Source: Candidatus Bathyarchaeia archaeon | GTDB lineage: Archaea; Thermoproteota; Bathyarchaeia; Bathyarchaeales; Bathycorpusculaceae | Reading direction: 5' to 3' | Length of the DNA: 45,991 nt | Assembly: GCA_038882655.1 (NCBI GenBank) | Contig: JAVZNT010000004.1 | Span: 1 to 45,991 of the forward strand | Part shown: positions 37,459 to 45,991 of the stretch, one piece after another | Layout of the letters: each line of letters starts with the position of its first letter | Numbering within the stretch: the stretch's first letter is position 1 | The notes under the pieces: model-generated | What the model saw: the letters and a program-made list of their open reading frames with translations, nothing else | Database searches by the model: none | What the model was told of the DNA's origin: nothing | Program-made: the position numbers and the translations under genes

Positions 37459-39228
37459 GTGGTTGAGAACTTGAAAGGCCAAGCACCGGACAAGTTCACA
37501 ATAATCAACGAATTAGCCCGCAGAAGAGGCTTCTTCTGGCAATCCTACGAAATATACGGAGGTGTGAGCGGTTTTGTAACTTACGGCTTTTTAGGCACGA
37601 AACTAAAACAGAATATTGAAAACAAGCTTAGGGAAATCTTCGTTAAAAAGCTTGGAATAATGGAAATCGAAGCTCCAATCATTGCGCCAAGCAGGGTTTT
37701 TGAAGCTTCAGGCCACGTGGATCACTTCAAAGAGCCCATGGTTGAGTGCCTAAAATGTAAAAGGCGTTTCCGGGCAGACCACTTACTCCAAGAAACAGCG
37801 AAGCTAAGCGAGGCCGAAGTCGAAAAACTAAGCCTAGAAGAGTTGAAGGAAGCCATCGAAAAACACGATGTGCGTTGCCCAGAATGTGGAGGCGAGTTTG
37901 ATGAACCAAAACATTTCCTAACAATGTTTAAAACAACAATAGGCCCCTATTCTGAGGCTGTGGGTTATGGCCGTCCAGAGGCTGCTCAAGGCATATTCGT
38001 TGAGTTTAGGCGTTTATATGAAATGGCGCGGGAAAAGCTGCCCTTTGGCGTAATGCAAATTGGCCATGCTTTAAGGAATGAAATTTCGCCGAGGCAGGGT
38101 TTGATAAGGCTCAGGGAATTCACAATAGTGGATATAGAGTTCTTCTTTGATCCAGCAGACCCGAACTGTTTCTTATTGGAAGAGGTGAAAGACGAGACTT
38201 TAAGGCTTGTTCTGGCTGAAAGCAAGCTCCGCGGCTCTGAAGAAATAGTGGAAGTTACGGTTAAAGAGGCGCTTAAGAAAGGCTATATTAAGGTTTCTTG
38301 GCAAGCGGTTTTCATGGCGTTAGCAAAAAAGCTACTTATGGAGCTGGGCGTTCCAGCTGAAAATCAAAGATTTATTGAGAAATTGCCATGGGAGCGGGCG
38401 CACTATTCTCTCCAAAGTTTTGATCAAGAAGTCTACGTTGACCGCTGGGGATGGATTGAAGTTTCTGGGCATGCCTACAGAACGGATTATGATTTAAGGC
38501 AACACATGCGGTTCAGCGGAGCAGACGCCAGAGTTTTTAAAGAGTATGAAAAGCTGATGGTGAAAGAGAGAAAGATCGTTAAGCCTTTAATGGCGAAGCT
38601 CGGACCTGTGTTAAAAGAAGAATCCCAAAAGATCGCTGAAATGCTTTCTGAGGCTGATCCCGAAGAGGTTGAAGCCTCATTCAAAGCAAAGGGCTTTTTC
38701 ATGCTTGGAAAGTACAAAATTTTGCCCGAACACGTTGAAATTGCAACGTGCAAGGTTGAGGAGAGAGGGAGACGTTTCATACCACATGTTGTGGAGCCAA
38801 GTTTCGGTTCGGATAGACTTGTTTATGTAACTCTTGAGTATGCCTACCGTGTAAAAGATGATAGGGTGGTGTTAAGTTTTCCAAGGGACATAGCCCCAAT
38901 ACAAGTTGGAGTTTACCCACTGGTAAGTAAGGACGGTTTGCCTGAGAAAGCACTGCAAGTTTACAAAATGCTGGTTAATGAGGGCTTTTCAGTGGAGTAT
39001 GATGAAGCGGGTTCAATTGGAAGACGTTATGCAAGGGCAGATGAGGCAGGCATACCGCTTGGAATAACCATTGACTATGAAACGCTTAAAGATAACACTG
39101 TCACCATTCGAGATCGCGACATTTGGAGGCAGGTTAGGACCCACGTAGACACTCTACCAGAGCTTTTGCACAAGTACTTCCGCAAAAAAACCGAGTTTGA
39201 CGATTTGGGCACACTTGTAAAGGAGTAG
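37459..39228 (+). CDS. glyS: Glycine-tRNA ligase (alpha2, archaeal/eukaryotic type)
   Basis: RRGF, SGHVD.F, RPEAAQG, RNEISPR, VVEPSFG and IGRRY.R.DE.G. Confidence 0.96.
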   Translation: MVENLKGQAPDKFTIINELARRRGFFWQSYEIYGGVSGFVTYGFLGTKLKQNIENKLREIFVKKLGIMEIEAPIIAPSRVFEASGHVDHFKEPMVECLKCKRRFRADHLLQETAKLSEAEVEKLSLEELKEAIEKHDVRCPECGGEFDEPKHFLTMFKTTIGPYSEAVGYGRPEAAQGIFVEFRRLYEMAREKLPFGVMQIGHALRNEISPRQGLIRLREFTIVDIEFFFDPADPNCFLLEEVKDETLRLVLAESKLRGSEEIVEVTVKEALKKGYIKVSWQAVFMALAKKLLMELGVPAENQRFIEKLPWERAHYSLQSFDQEVYVDRWGWIEVSGHAYRTDYDLRQHMRFSGADARVFKEYEKLMVKERKIVKPLMAKLGPVLKEESQKIAEMLSEADPEEVEASFKAKGFFMLGKYKILPEHVEIATCKVEERGRRFIPHVVEPSFGSDRLVYVTLEYAYRVKDDRVVLSFPRDIAPIQVGVYPLVSKDGLPEKALQVYKMLVNEGFSVEYDEAGSIGRRYARADEAGIPLGITIDYETLKDNTVTIRDRDIWRQVRTHVDTLPELLHKYFRKKTEFDDLGTLVKE

Positions 39229-39305
39229 CTTTCGTTACCTTTTTTAATACTTCTGTAGTATTAGTGCTGGAAAAGGCGCAACGTGGTTTTGCGGCGGGAA
39301 GAAAC

Positions 39306-39965
39306 TTGGTGCTTCCAGCAGAAACGGAGGAACGCGTTAAACGCAGAGCATTAAGCGTCTGCCAAGAACACCTAAGGAAGGTGTTAGACTTAATACGGAA
39401 AGTTCCCCAGATGATTGAATGCTTCATAAAAAATGACAAGGCAAGGGCGAAGCAAATCTACAACGAGATTAGAATGGGTGAGGAGGACGTTGACAATGCT
39501 AGGCGCCTAGTTTCCCGTGAACTCGCGGAAATAGGCGCTATACTCCTAAGCCGCGAAGACTTCTTAAGATTCACAAATTTGGCTGGAGAAATTGCCGATT
39601 TCTCAGAGGGAATAGCCTTCCGCATCCTTGAGATAATGGAGCACAACTGGAACGTGCCAACAGAAATAAAAAAGGACCTTTTGAAGCTCTCAGAAGCCTC
39701 CTTGGAAGCCGTGCTTAAGCTGAGGGAGATGATGATGGTTTTAGCTTACGGTTCAGAGAAAGCCATGGGAAAAGCCAGCGAGGTTGAATCAGCTGAACGC
39801 GTCGTTGACGAGCTTTATCGAACCCTTGAAATAAAACTCCTAAATAGCAAGCTAGAAATCCCGGCACTCATACTTTTGAGGGACGTTTTACAACTTTTGG
39901 AGGATTCCGCTGACAAGGCTGAAGACGCCGCAGACGCCGCAAGGGTCTTATCCTTCATAATGTAA
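39306..39965 (+). CDS. DUF47 / PhoU-like protein
   Basis: EEDVDNARR, REDF, ERVVD and LEDSADKAEDAAD. Start uncertain. Confidence 0.85.
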   Translation: MVLPAETEERVKRRALSVCQEHLRKVLDLIRKVPQMIECFIKNDKARAKQIYNEIRMGEEDVDNARRLVSRELAEIGAILLSREDFLRFTNLAGEIADFSEGIAFRILEIMEHNWNVPTEIKKDLLKLSEASLEAVLKLREMMMVLAYGSEKAMGKASEVESAERVVDELYRTLEIKLLNSKLEIPALILLRDVLQLLEDSADKAEDAADAARVLSFIM

Positions 39966-39987
39966 TGCAAAGCGAAGAGGCAAAACG

Positions 39988-40545
39988 GTGCCAAGAAAAA
40001 TACCAGTAGAATTTATTGAAAACTTCCTAGTGGTTTGGAACCCAAGCGACGGGTCTGAACTTTATAAGATGGGTTTTTATGGCAAGCCCCTTGGAATACC
40101 GAAGCCTAAAATTCCAGAGTTTAATGTCCCTTTGATTCTGGATTTGATGGAGGGTCTATATCTCGCCGAAAAGGGAATAATAACCGTTTACGAAGGCGCA
40201 GAAAAAACCCGTGTAAGCCTTAAGAAACTGCAGCAGAAAGCCAGAACATTATATGAGGAGTTTGACGAGAAATACGCTATTTACCGTGACCTGCGAGACA
40301 GCGGAATGGTTGTCACGCCGGGAATAAAGTTTGGATGCGACTTTGCAGTTTACAAGCATGGACCGGGTCTGGAACATGCGCCCTACATGGTTTCAGTTAA
40401 GAAGGCTTCATCTGAATTGACAGCCACAGAAATAGTGAAGGCTGGAAGATTGGCGACAACTGTGCGAAAAAGGTTCATAGTTGCAGTGCCAGACTTGGAG
40501 AAAGGGAAAATAAGGTATCTAATATTTAAATGGTTTAAAGCATAG
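39988..40545 (+). CDS. endA: tRNA-intron endonuclease, catalytic subunit
   Basis: PGIKFGCDFAVY, H(APY) and GRLATTVRK giving the Y-H-K triad. Confidence 0.93.
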   Translation: MPRKIPVEFIENFLVVWNPSDGSELYKMGFYGKPLGIPKPKIPEFNVPLILDLMEGLYLAEKGIITVYEGAEKTRVSLKKLQQKARTLYEEFDEKYAIYRDLRDSGMVVTPGIKFGCDFAVYKHGPGLEHAPYMVSVKKASSELTATEIVKAGRLATTVRKRFIVAVPDLEKGKIRYLIFKWFKA

Positions 40546-41028
40546 CTACATTTTGCCAACACTTTTCAAAATTATCTGAAGAATTTCTTCTTCTAGGGTT
40601 AATCCTTCCTTCGGATTCTCAACTATTCTCCCTAATTCTATTCCTTCCCTATTAAAGACTAGGATTAGAGGAATTTTGTCCACTTGGAATTTTAGGACCT
40701 CGGGAGGCGACGGAGGAATGCTCCACTTTCGGCTGGGGTTTAGCGGGTCACTCTTTAACCCGCCGAAAATTCTGACTTCTAATCTGGTGGCGTCCGATAT
40801 TAATGCCAAAACTGGGATGTTGGCGGCGCAGTCTTTGCACCATTCAGCGGAAAAAGCAACCACTACAACATTGTTTATGAGATTCTTTAATTTGCTAGTT
40901 GCCCCCAAGTTTAGCTTGTATGCCTTCTTCCGCTCGAGAAACTTTTCACGGAAAGGTTCGCTGATGCTTGCAATGTATTGGTTTACAGGTACTGTTTTCT
41001 GTTTGATTTCTTCCAAATTAATCTTCAT
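40546..41028 (-). CDS. Thioredoxin-family protein
   Basis: WCKDC, IP and GRIVENP. Confidence 0.85.
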   Translation of the reverse strand: MKINLEEIKQKTVPVNQYIASISEPFREKFLERKKAYKLNLGATSKLKNLINNVVVVAFSAEWCKDCAANIPVLALISDATRLEVRIFGGLKSDPLNPSRKWSIPPSPPEVLKFQVDKIPLILVFNREGIELGRIVENPKEGLTLEEEILQIILKSVGKM

Positions 41029-41030
41029 TG

Positions 41031-42311
41031 CTAGCCCGGCATTATTGTCTGGTTTACGAACTCGCCTCTAACGTACTGGTGGGGATAAATTTTTGTTGCC
41101 TTCAAGGTGCAGCCTTCCGCTATCGTAACGTCGTCGGCTATCACTGAGACCTCGCTTATTTTTGTCGGTTTTCTTGCACAGGAGAGGATTGTCACATGCC
41201 TCCCTATGATACTGTCTTTTATTTCGGCTTTCGCCTCTATTATGGCGCGGTCCATTATGGCGGAGTTCTCTATAGCCACACCATTCTCTATCTTGGTGTA
41301 GTTATCGATGCACGAGTTCACGATGCGCACTCCGTCGCCTATTTCGCAGTGTCTTCCAATTAAAACTGAACCTTCAACCTCTATTTTTCCCTCTTTAATT
41401 TTCTTTATGATTTCTCTTCTCCGCTTTGTGGATTCTGGGCTCTCACCTTGAACCCAAACTCCTGCTTTTTCGTCTATTCGCCCGCCGAAATCTGTAAGCG
41501 AAGAGAAGCGCCCTTCAAGCATGTCTCTCATGGCTTCCAAATAGCGTTTTGGAGTGCCAACATCATACCAGTTTCCCTTCAGAACGTAACCATACACAGG
41601 TCTGCCGGTCTCTATTATATATGGGATAAAGTCGTAGCCGAAATCTAAGCGTTTTCGCTCTTTAATCAGTGTTTTAACACCCTTTTCTTTGAAGATTCGC
41701 CTTATTTCTGGAGAAACCATGTATAAGCCGGTGTTAGCCAGATTTGACGGTGCCTCCTTTGGTGTTGGCTTTTCAACAAACTTTCGGATTCTCATGTGTT
41801 TGTCTATGTCTGCTATTCCGTAACCCTCAACGTTTTCAACCTCTCGAAGGGCTATTGTTATGACCGCTTCCTTGTTGCGGTGAAATTCAATAAGCTCTTT
41901 TAGATTGACATCAAATATGTTGTCGCCTTGCACTGCAAACACGGGGTCCCTCACATTGTAGTATTCTATGTTTATCCTCGCTGAGTCGGCACTTCCCAAA
42001 TCGTCTATGTTAGGCTGGTATTTGATATGCACGCGGGGTGTTATGCCATAACGAGATGAAAAGCCATAACCAGACTCGAAGTAGTCGTGTAAATCTCTAT
42101 AATTCGTGTATCCCTTAACACCGAAAATGAAGTTTCTTATTCCTTGACGGGCAAGAGATAACAATGAAAACTCTATTAGGGGCCTGTTCAGCAGACGGAT
42201 GCATGCCTTGCTCGTTTCTGCTGTTAAGGGCAAGAGCCTCGTAGCTTTACCCCCTACTGGAATTATTACTCTCAGTCTCTCTGGCTCATAGTTGTGGCGC
42301 AAAATCTCCAC
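41031..42311 (-). CDS. NDP-sugar pyrophosphorylase with C-terminal LbH repeats
   Basis: GGKATRLLPLT, QGD, FVEKP, NTGLY and WYDVG. Confidence 0.9.
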   Translation of the reverse strand: MEILRHNYEPERLRVIIPVGGKATRLLPLTAETSKACIRLLNRPLIEFSLLSLARQGIRNFIFGVKGYTNYRDLHDYFESGYGFSSRYGITPRVHIKYQPNIDDLGSADSARINIEYYNVRDPVFAVQGDNIFDVNLKELIEFHRNKEAVITIALREVENVEGYGIADIDKHMRIRKFVEKPTPKEAPSNLANTGLYMVSPEIRRIFKEKGVKTLIKERKRLDFGYDFIPYIIETGRPVYGYVLKGNWYDVGTPKRYLEAMRDMLEGRFSSLTDFGGRIDEKAGVWVQGESPESTKRRREIIKKIKEGKIEVEGSVLIGRHCEIGDGVRIVNSCIDNYTKIENGVAIENSAIMDRAIIEAKAEIKDSIIGRHVTILSCARKPTKISEVSVIADDVTIAEGCTLKATKIYPHQYVRGEFVNQTIMPG

Positions 42312-42416
42312 CAGCTTTTACAATGCATATTATGGCGAAGCGTATTAAACTTTCTAAAGAAAACGCGAATTTTATAACCAAAGCCAAATTATTTTAGTGC
42401 AAAAGGCTTGACTAGC

Positions 42417-43280
42417 ATGAAAAGATTGGCTGGCTTCGTCCGTTTAATGCGACCCGTAAACTGTTTAATGATGGGCTTTGCTGTCATAGTAGGCGCAGCC
42501 ATCGCAGACCCGAAAGCTTTAGCTGGTTCGTGGAGTTTTATCTACGGGTTTTTCACGGGTTTTCTGCTAACGGCAGCAGCTATGGCCATAAACGACTATT
42601 ATGATAGGGAGATAGACGCCATAAACGAGCCTTCTAGACCTATCCCAAGCGGCGTGACCAAACCGAATGAAGCGCTGGTTTTCTCCTTCTCACTTACAGC
42701 GTTAGGCTTAGCGGCAGCCGCCCTTACCTGTGCCGCCACAACGTCCATCCATTGTTTTTTAACAGCCTTAATTTTTTGGCTTATTTCACTGGCATACGCT
42801 ACAGCAGGAAAGCGAACGGGACTTTTAGGAAACTTTTTAGTTAGCGCTTGTGTCTCAGCCCCGTTTGTTTACGGAAGCTTGGCAGTAACTGGCAACGTTG
42901 AACTAAACATCTTGATTTTTACCTCCATGGTTTTCCTATCAAACACAGGAAGAGAAATAACCAAGGGAATTGTGGACATCGAAGGAGACAAAACGCGAAA
43001 AGTCAAGACTTTAGCCGTACGCTATGGACCGCGAAAAGCTGCAATAACAGCAGCAACTTTTTATCTGGTGGCGGTGACGCTAACACCACTACCGCCAATA
43101 TTAAACCTTGTTACTTTTTGGTTCATCCCATTAGTGGCGATAACAGACGCTGGGCTGGTGGCATCATCAATAATGCTTTTATCAAACTATTCAAAGGAAA
43201 ATGCCCGAGGAATCAAAAACCGGGTTTTAATTTGGTTCTTTGTGGGGCTAATAGCCTTTGTTGTAGGAAGCTTACGTTGA
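42417..43280 (+). CDS. UbiA prenyltransferase, probable DGGGP synthase
   Basis: NDYYDREIDAINEPSRPIPSG and REITKGIVDIEGD. Confidence 0.88.
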   Translation: MKRLAGFVRLMRPVNCLMMGFAVIVGAAIADPKALAGSWSFIYGFFTGFLLTAAAMAINDYYDREIDAINEPSRPIPSGVTKPNEALVFSFSLTALGLAAAALTCAATTSIHCFLTALIFWLISLAYATAGKRTGLLGNFLVSACVSAPFVYGSLAVTGNVELNILIFTSMVFLSNTGREITKGIVDIEGDKTRKVKTLAVRYGPRKAAITAATFYLVAVTLTPLPPILNLVTFWFIPLVAITDAGLVASSIMLLSNYSKENARGIKNRVLIWFFVGLIAFVVGSLR

Positions 43281-43377
43281 GCGTGTGTTAGCATGTTTTT
43301 ATTGTCCCAAAAGTTGGAATTAATAAGCAGTTCACGCGTTATTTAGACTTGATAAACCGCTTGTGAAGTGCTTCTAA

Positions 43378-43824
43378 TTGAGCGCAGAAGATGAAGATAA
43401 ACTTGAATATGCTCTTCGCGGTAAGGCTTGGAAAGTTTACTGGCTTCTTTTAAAGAATGGACGCCCGATGAGTGTGCGGGAAGTTCAAAGGGCTTTACAC
43501 TTTAGCAGCCCAAGTGTGGCACAGCATCATCTGGAGCAACTGCGAGAGGTTGGGTTGGTTAAAAAACAGGAGGCAGGCAGTCATTATTATCTTGCAGGCG
43601 AAATAAAAATTGGTGTGCTCCGTCACTTTGTTAAATTGGGTAAGCTTCTTTTTCCAAGATACTTGTTTTATGCGGTTTTCTCCACAACCTTCTATGCGAT
43701 TTACCTCATACTTTCCATGCCTAATTTCACACGAGAAAGCCTATCCCTCATAGTTTTCGGGGCTATTGTCTCGGCAATATTTTGGTATGAGACTATAAGG
43801 GTATGGTTGTTGAAGCCGTTCTAA
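43378..43824 (+). CDS. Membrane-anchored winged-HTH regulator
   Basis: SVREVQRALHFSSPSVAQHHL..L wHTH followed by two C-terminal TM helices. Confidence 0.82.
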   Translation: MSAEDEDKLEYALRGKAWKVYWLLLKNGRPMSVREVQRALHFSSPSVAQHHLEQLREVGLVKKQEAGSHYYLAGEIKIGVLRHFVKLGKLLFPRYLFYAVFSTTFYAIYLILSMPNFTRESLSLIVFGAIVSAIFWYETIRVWLLKPF

Positions 43825-43895
43825 CCGCTAGACAAATTGTGCCAAAAATTAGGATAAAATTAGAGAAAATAACTAATTCAAAGTGGTGAACATAA

Positions 43896-45725
43896 GTGTT
43901 AAATGGAATTAAAAAGCAAGCATTGACTTATGGAGTCGCTGCTGTGCTCATCGCCCTCATATTAGGTGCGCTGTGTTACAACTTTGGAGTACAACCAGCA
44001 GGAAAACAAAACGTAAATCAACCCTCCCCGCAACCATCACCCCAACCGTCACCAGAGCCCGTACCTCAACCTTCAGGGCAATTTCTAAAAACCTTCACGT
44101 CCTACGAGGAGCTGTTAAACTTTCTATTGGAAAACACAAACATTAGGGGAACCTATCCATATTTTGGACCACTAGACAGAAATGTCTTGGCGGAGGTAGC
44201 AAGCTCACAGCCTGTTTACTTGACTCCTGGCAAGGAGGGCACGTATTCAACCACAAATGTGCAAGTTGCAGGCGTCGATGAAGCTGATATCGTGAAGACT
44301 GATGGCGAATATGTTTACGTAATAGTTAACAACAGCGTTTACGTTTTGAAAGCTTATCCACCAGAAAGCGCCCCTTTGATGTCAAAAATAACGTTCGAAA
44401 ATTGTACGTATCTAGCTGGGATATTTGTAAGCGCAGACAGCAGTAAATTGGCAGTTCTGGGAAGCAAATATCGCTTCCTCCCATGGCGGTATGATTACTA
44501 CTACATCGTTTACTACGTTGACGTTAAGACGTTCATCTACGTGTATGACATTTCAAATAAGTCAAGGCCCATCCTGATAAGAAATTTCATGATGAGTGGA
44601 AGCTATTTTAATTCAAGAATGATAGGCGAATACGTGTACGCCATTATAAGTCAGCCAGTATACATAATCTACGATACTGTTATCCTCCCGAAAATTTACT
44701 CGAGCGATGGAATTAGAGAAATCGAAGCCACAAAAATATATCATTCCAATGTTTCCGAGGATTATTATTCCTTTACAACTATCGTTACCTTAAACGTTGC
44801 AAATGCAACTGAAGAAGAAAACACTTTAACCATAATGATGGGGGGAACAAGTAACCTATACGTTTCGCTAAACAACATCTACGTAACATTTCACAGCTTT
44901 GATTGGCAAACAACAGTTTACAGAATAAAAATAGAAAACAGAACCATGAGTTGGGAAGCGACTGGCAGGGTGCCAGGCCACGAAATTAACCAGTTCTCCA
45001 TGGACGAATACGATAACTACTTTAGAATAGCAACTATGAGGTGGGTTAATGGGATTCAGAATGACTTGTACATACTGGACATGAATTTAACAATAGTTGG
45101 AAACTTACCGAACATAGCGTCTAACGAAACTTTAGACTCGGCAAGATTCATCGGAAACCGCTGCTATCTCGCGACATCGGTTCGGCGGATTGACCCATTC
45201 TTTGTAATAGATATAGAAAACCCGTATAAACCAGAGATTTTAGGCAGTTTGAAAATTCCTGGATTTACAAGGTACTTGCATCCATATGATGAAACACATC
45301 TGATAGGTGTTGGTAGAGATGAAAATAACAGGGTGCAAATACTGCTGTTTGACGTAAGCAATGTTAGCAATCCAATAGCAGTCGGCAACTTCACGGTTCT
45401 AGGGGAATATTCAGATACACCAGTTTTGTGGGAGCACAAGGCGTTTCTCTTCGATAAGGCAAAAGAGTTGTTGGTCATTCCATTGTCTATCTATGACTAT
45501 TCAAAAACCTTCTGGCAGGGAGTTTACGTATTCAACACAACAAACTGTGAACTTATGCTTAAAGGGAACATCACGCATCTAGAAAGCGTCAACCAGTGGG
45601 ATTACATCTACTGGATTAAAAGAGCGTTATTCATTGAGGACATGCTTTACACGTTGTCTGACAAGAAGCTAAAGGTAAACTGGTTGGAAGACCTCTCGCC
45701 AAAAAGGGAAATAGTCTTCCCTTAA
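43896..45725 (+). CDS. Secreted or N-anchored beta-propeller domain protein (Beta_propel family)
   Basis: N-terminal TM, PQPS linker, STTNVQVAGVDEADIVKTDG, NQFSMDEY, LKIPGF.YLHP and HKAFL. Confidence 0.88.
   Translation: MLNGIKKQALTYGVAAVLIALILGALCYNFGVQPAGKQNVNQPSPQPSPQPSPEPVPQPSGQFLKTFTSYEELLNFLLENTNIRGTYPYFGPLDRNVLAEVASSQPVYLTPGKEGTYSTTNVQVAGVDEADIVKTDGEYVYVIVNNSVYVLKAYPPESAPLMSKITFENCTYLAGIFVSADSSKLAVLGSKYRFLPWRYDYYYIVYYVDVKTFIYVYDISNKSRPILIRNFMMSGSYFNSRMIGEYVYAIISQPVYIIYDTVILPKIYSSDGIREIEATKIYHSNVSEDYYSFTTIVTLNVANATEEENTLTIMMGGTSNLYVSLNNIYVTFHSFDWQTTVYRIKIENRTMSWEATGRVPGHEINQFSMDEYDNYFRIATMRWVNGIQNDLYILDMNLTIVGNLPNIASNETLDSARFIGNRCYLATSVRRIDPFFVIDIENPYKPEILGSLKIPGFTRYLHPYDETHLIGVGRDENNRVQILLFDVSNVSNPIAVGNFTVLGEYSDTPVLWEHKAFLFDKAKELLVIPLSIYDYSKTFWQGVYVFNTTNCELMLKGNITHLESVNQWDYIYWIKRALFIEDMLYTLSDKKLKVNWLEDLSPKREIVFP
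44020..44075 (+). repeat. Coding (QPSP)n Pro-rich linker repeat
   Basis: Degenerate 12-nt repeat encoding QPSPQPSPQPSPEPVPQPS. Confidence 0.75.
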
Positions 45726-45729
45726 ACTC

Positions 45730-45991
45730 CTACTCTTCTTTCTTTGGCTCCATGTGAACGGTGACTATGGTTTCTGTGAATTTGCGTTTTACTCCATTTT
45801 CTATTTTTGACGCAACCTTGTGGGCTTCCTCTATCGTTATTTGGCTTGTGAAACAGCAGTCTATGTTTATGTAGCGTTTTCCATTTACAACATAGGTGAC
45901 TAATCTTTTCACAGTAAACATTTGTTGGAAGCTTGCAGCCGTCTTGTAAATTACCTGCTGAATTTCTCCTTCGTCTACTGCTGGTCCTCGC
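45730..45991 (-). CDS. Partial: C-terminal dimerization domain of a cation diffusion facilitator
   Basis: TIEEAHKVASKIE and VTVHMEP; the frame is open to the window edge. Confidence 0.8.
   Translation of the reverse strand, partial: RGPAVDEGEIQQVIYKTAASFQQMFTVKRLVTYVVNGKRYINIDCCFTSQITIEEAHKVASKIENGVKRKFTETIVTVHMEPKKEE

Noticed and set aside
1-45991. Many antisense or alternate-frame ORFs in the track (e.g. 11292-11798, 30650-31213, 36438-36917)
   Set aside because: They overlap well-supported genes entirely and have no recognisable motifs; shadow ORFs.
1-45991. Genome-wide TAG recoding (prompted by the 13326 TAG)
   Set aside because: Conserved genes such as rpl39e, spt5, endA and glyS end at TAG at their expected lengths, and no conserved gene has an internal TAG.

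Overview
Archaeal chromosomal window. The gene content and frequent TTG/GTG starts point to a TACK-type, probably Bathyarchaeia-like organism; this is an inference. From left to right it holds: a divergent Zn-ADH / W-AOR-MoaD-sucCD-like catabolic locus; aRF1; an H4MPT C1 cluster (ftr, FrhB/FpoF-like, F420-dependent mtd, and a NAD(P)-type Mtd fused to an unexplained N-terminal domain) followed by a PhoU-like regulator, an ATP-grasp enzyme and an ECF S-component; RNA-processing genes (archease, rtcB, endA, rnp4); tRNA-Arg(CCT) and tRNA-Leu(TAA), the latter with a D-loop 22/23 intron; two conserved ribosomal clusters (eS19 to ftsY, secE to P1/L12); and housekeeping and lipid genes. No CRISPR array, transposase or integrase was seen. 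The best novelty candidate is the tandem F420- and NAD(P)-dependent methylene-H4MPT dehydrogenases plus the FpoF-like gene, a possible redox-carrier exchange hub, with a TraB/GumN-like domain fused to the NAD(P) enzyme. All calls come from motif recognition by eye; no searches were run.
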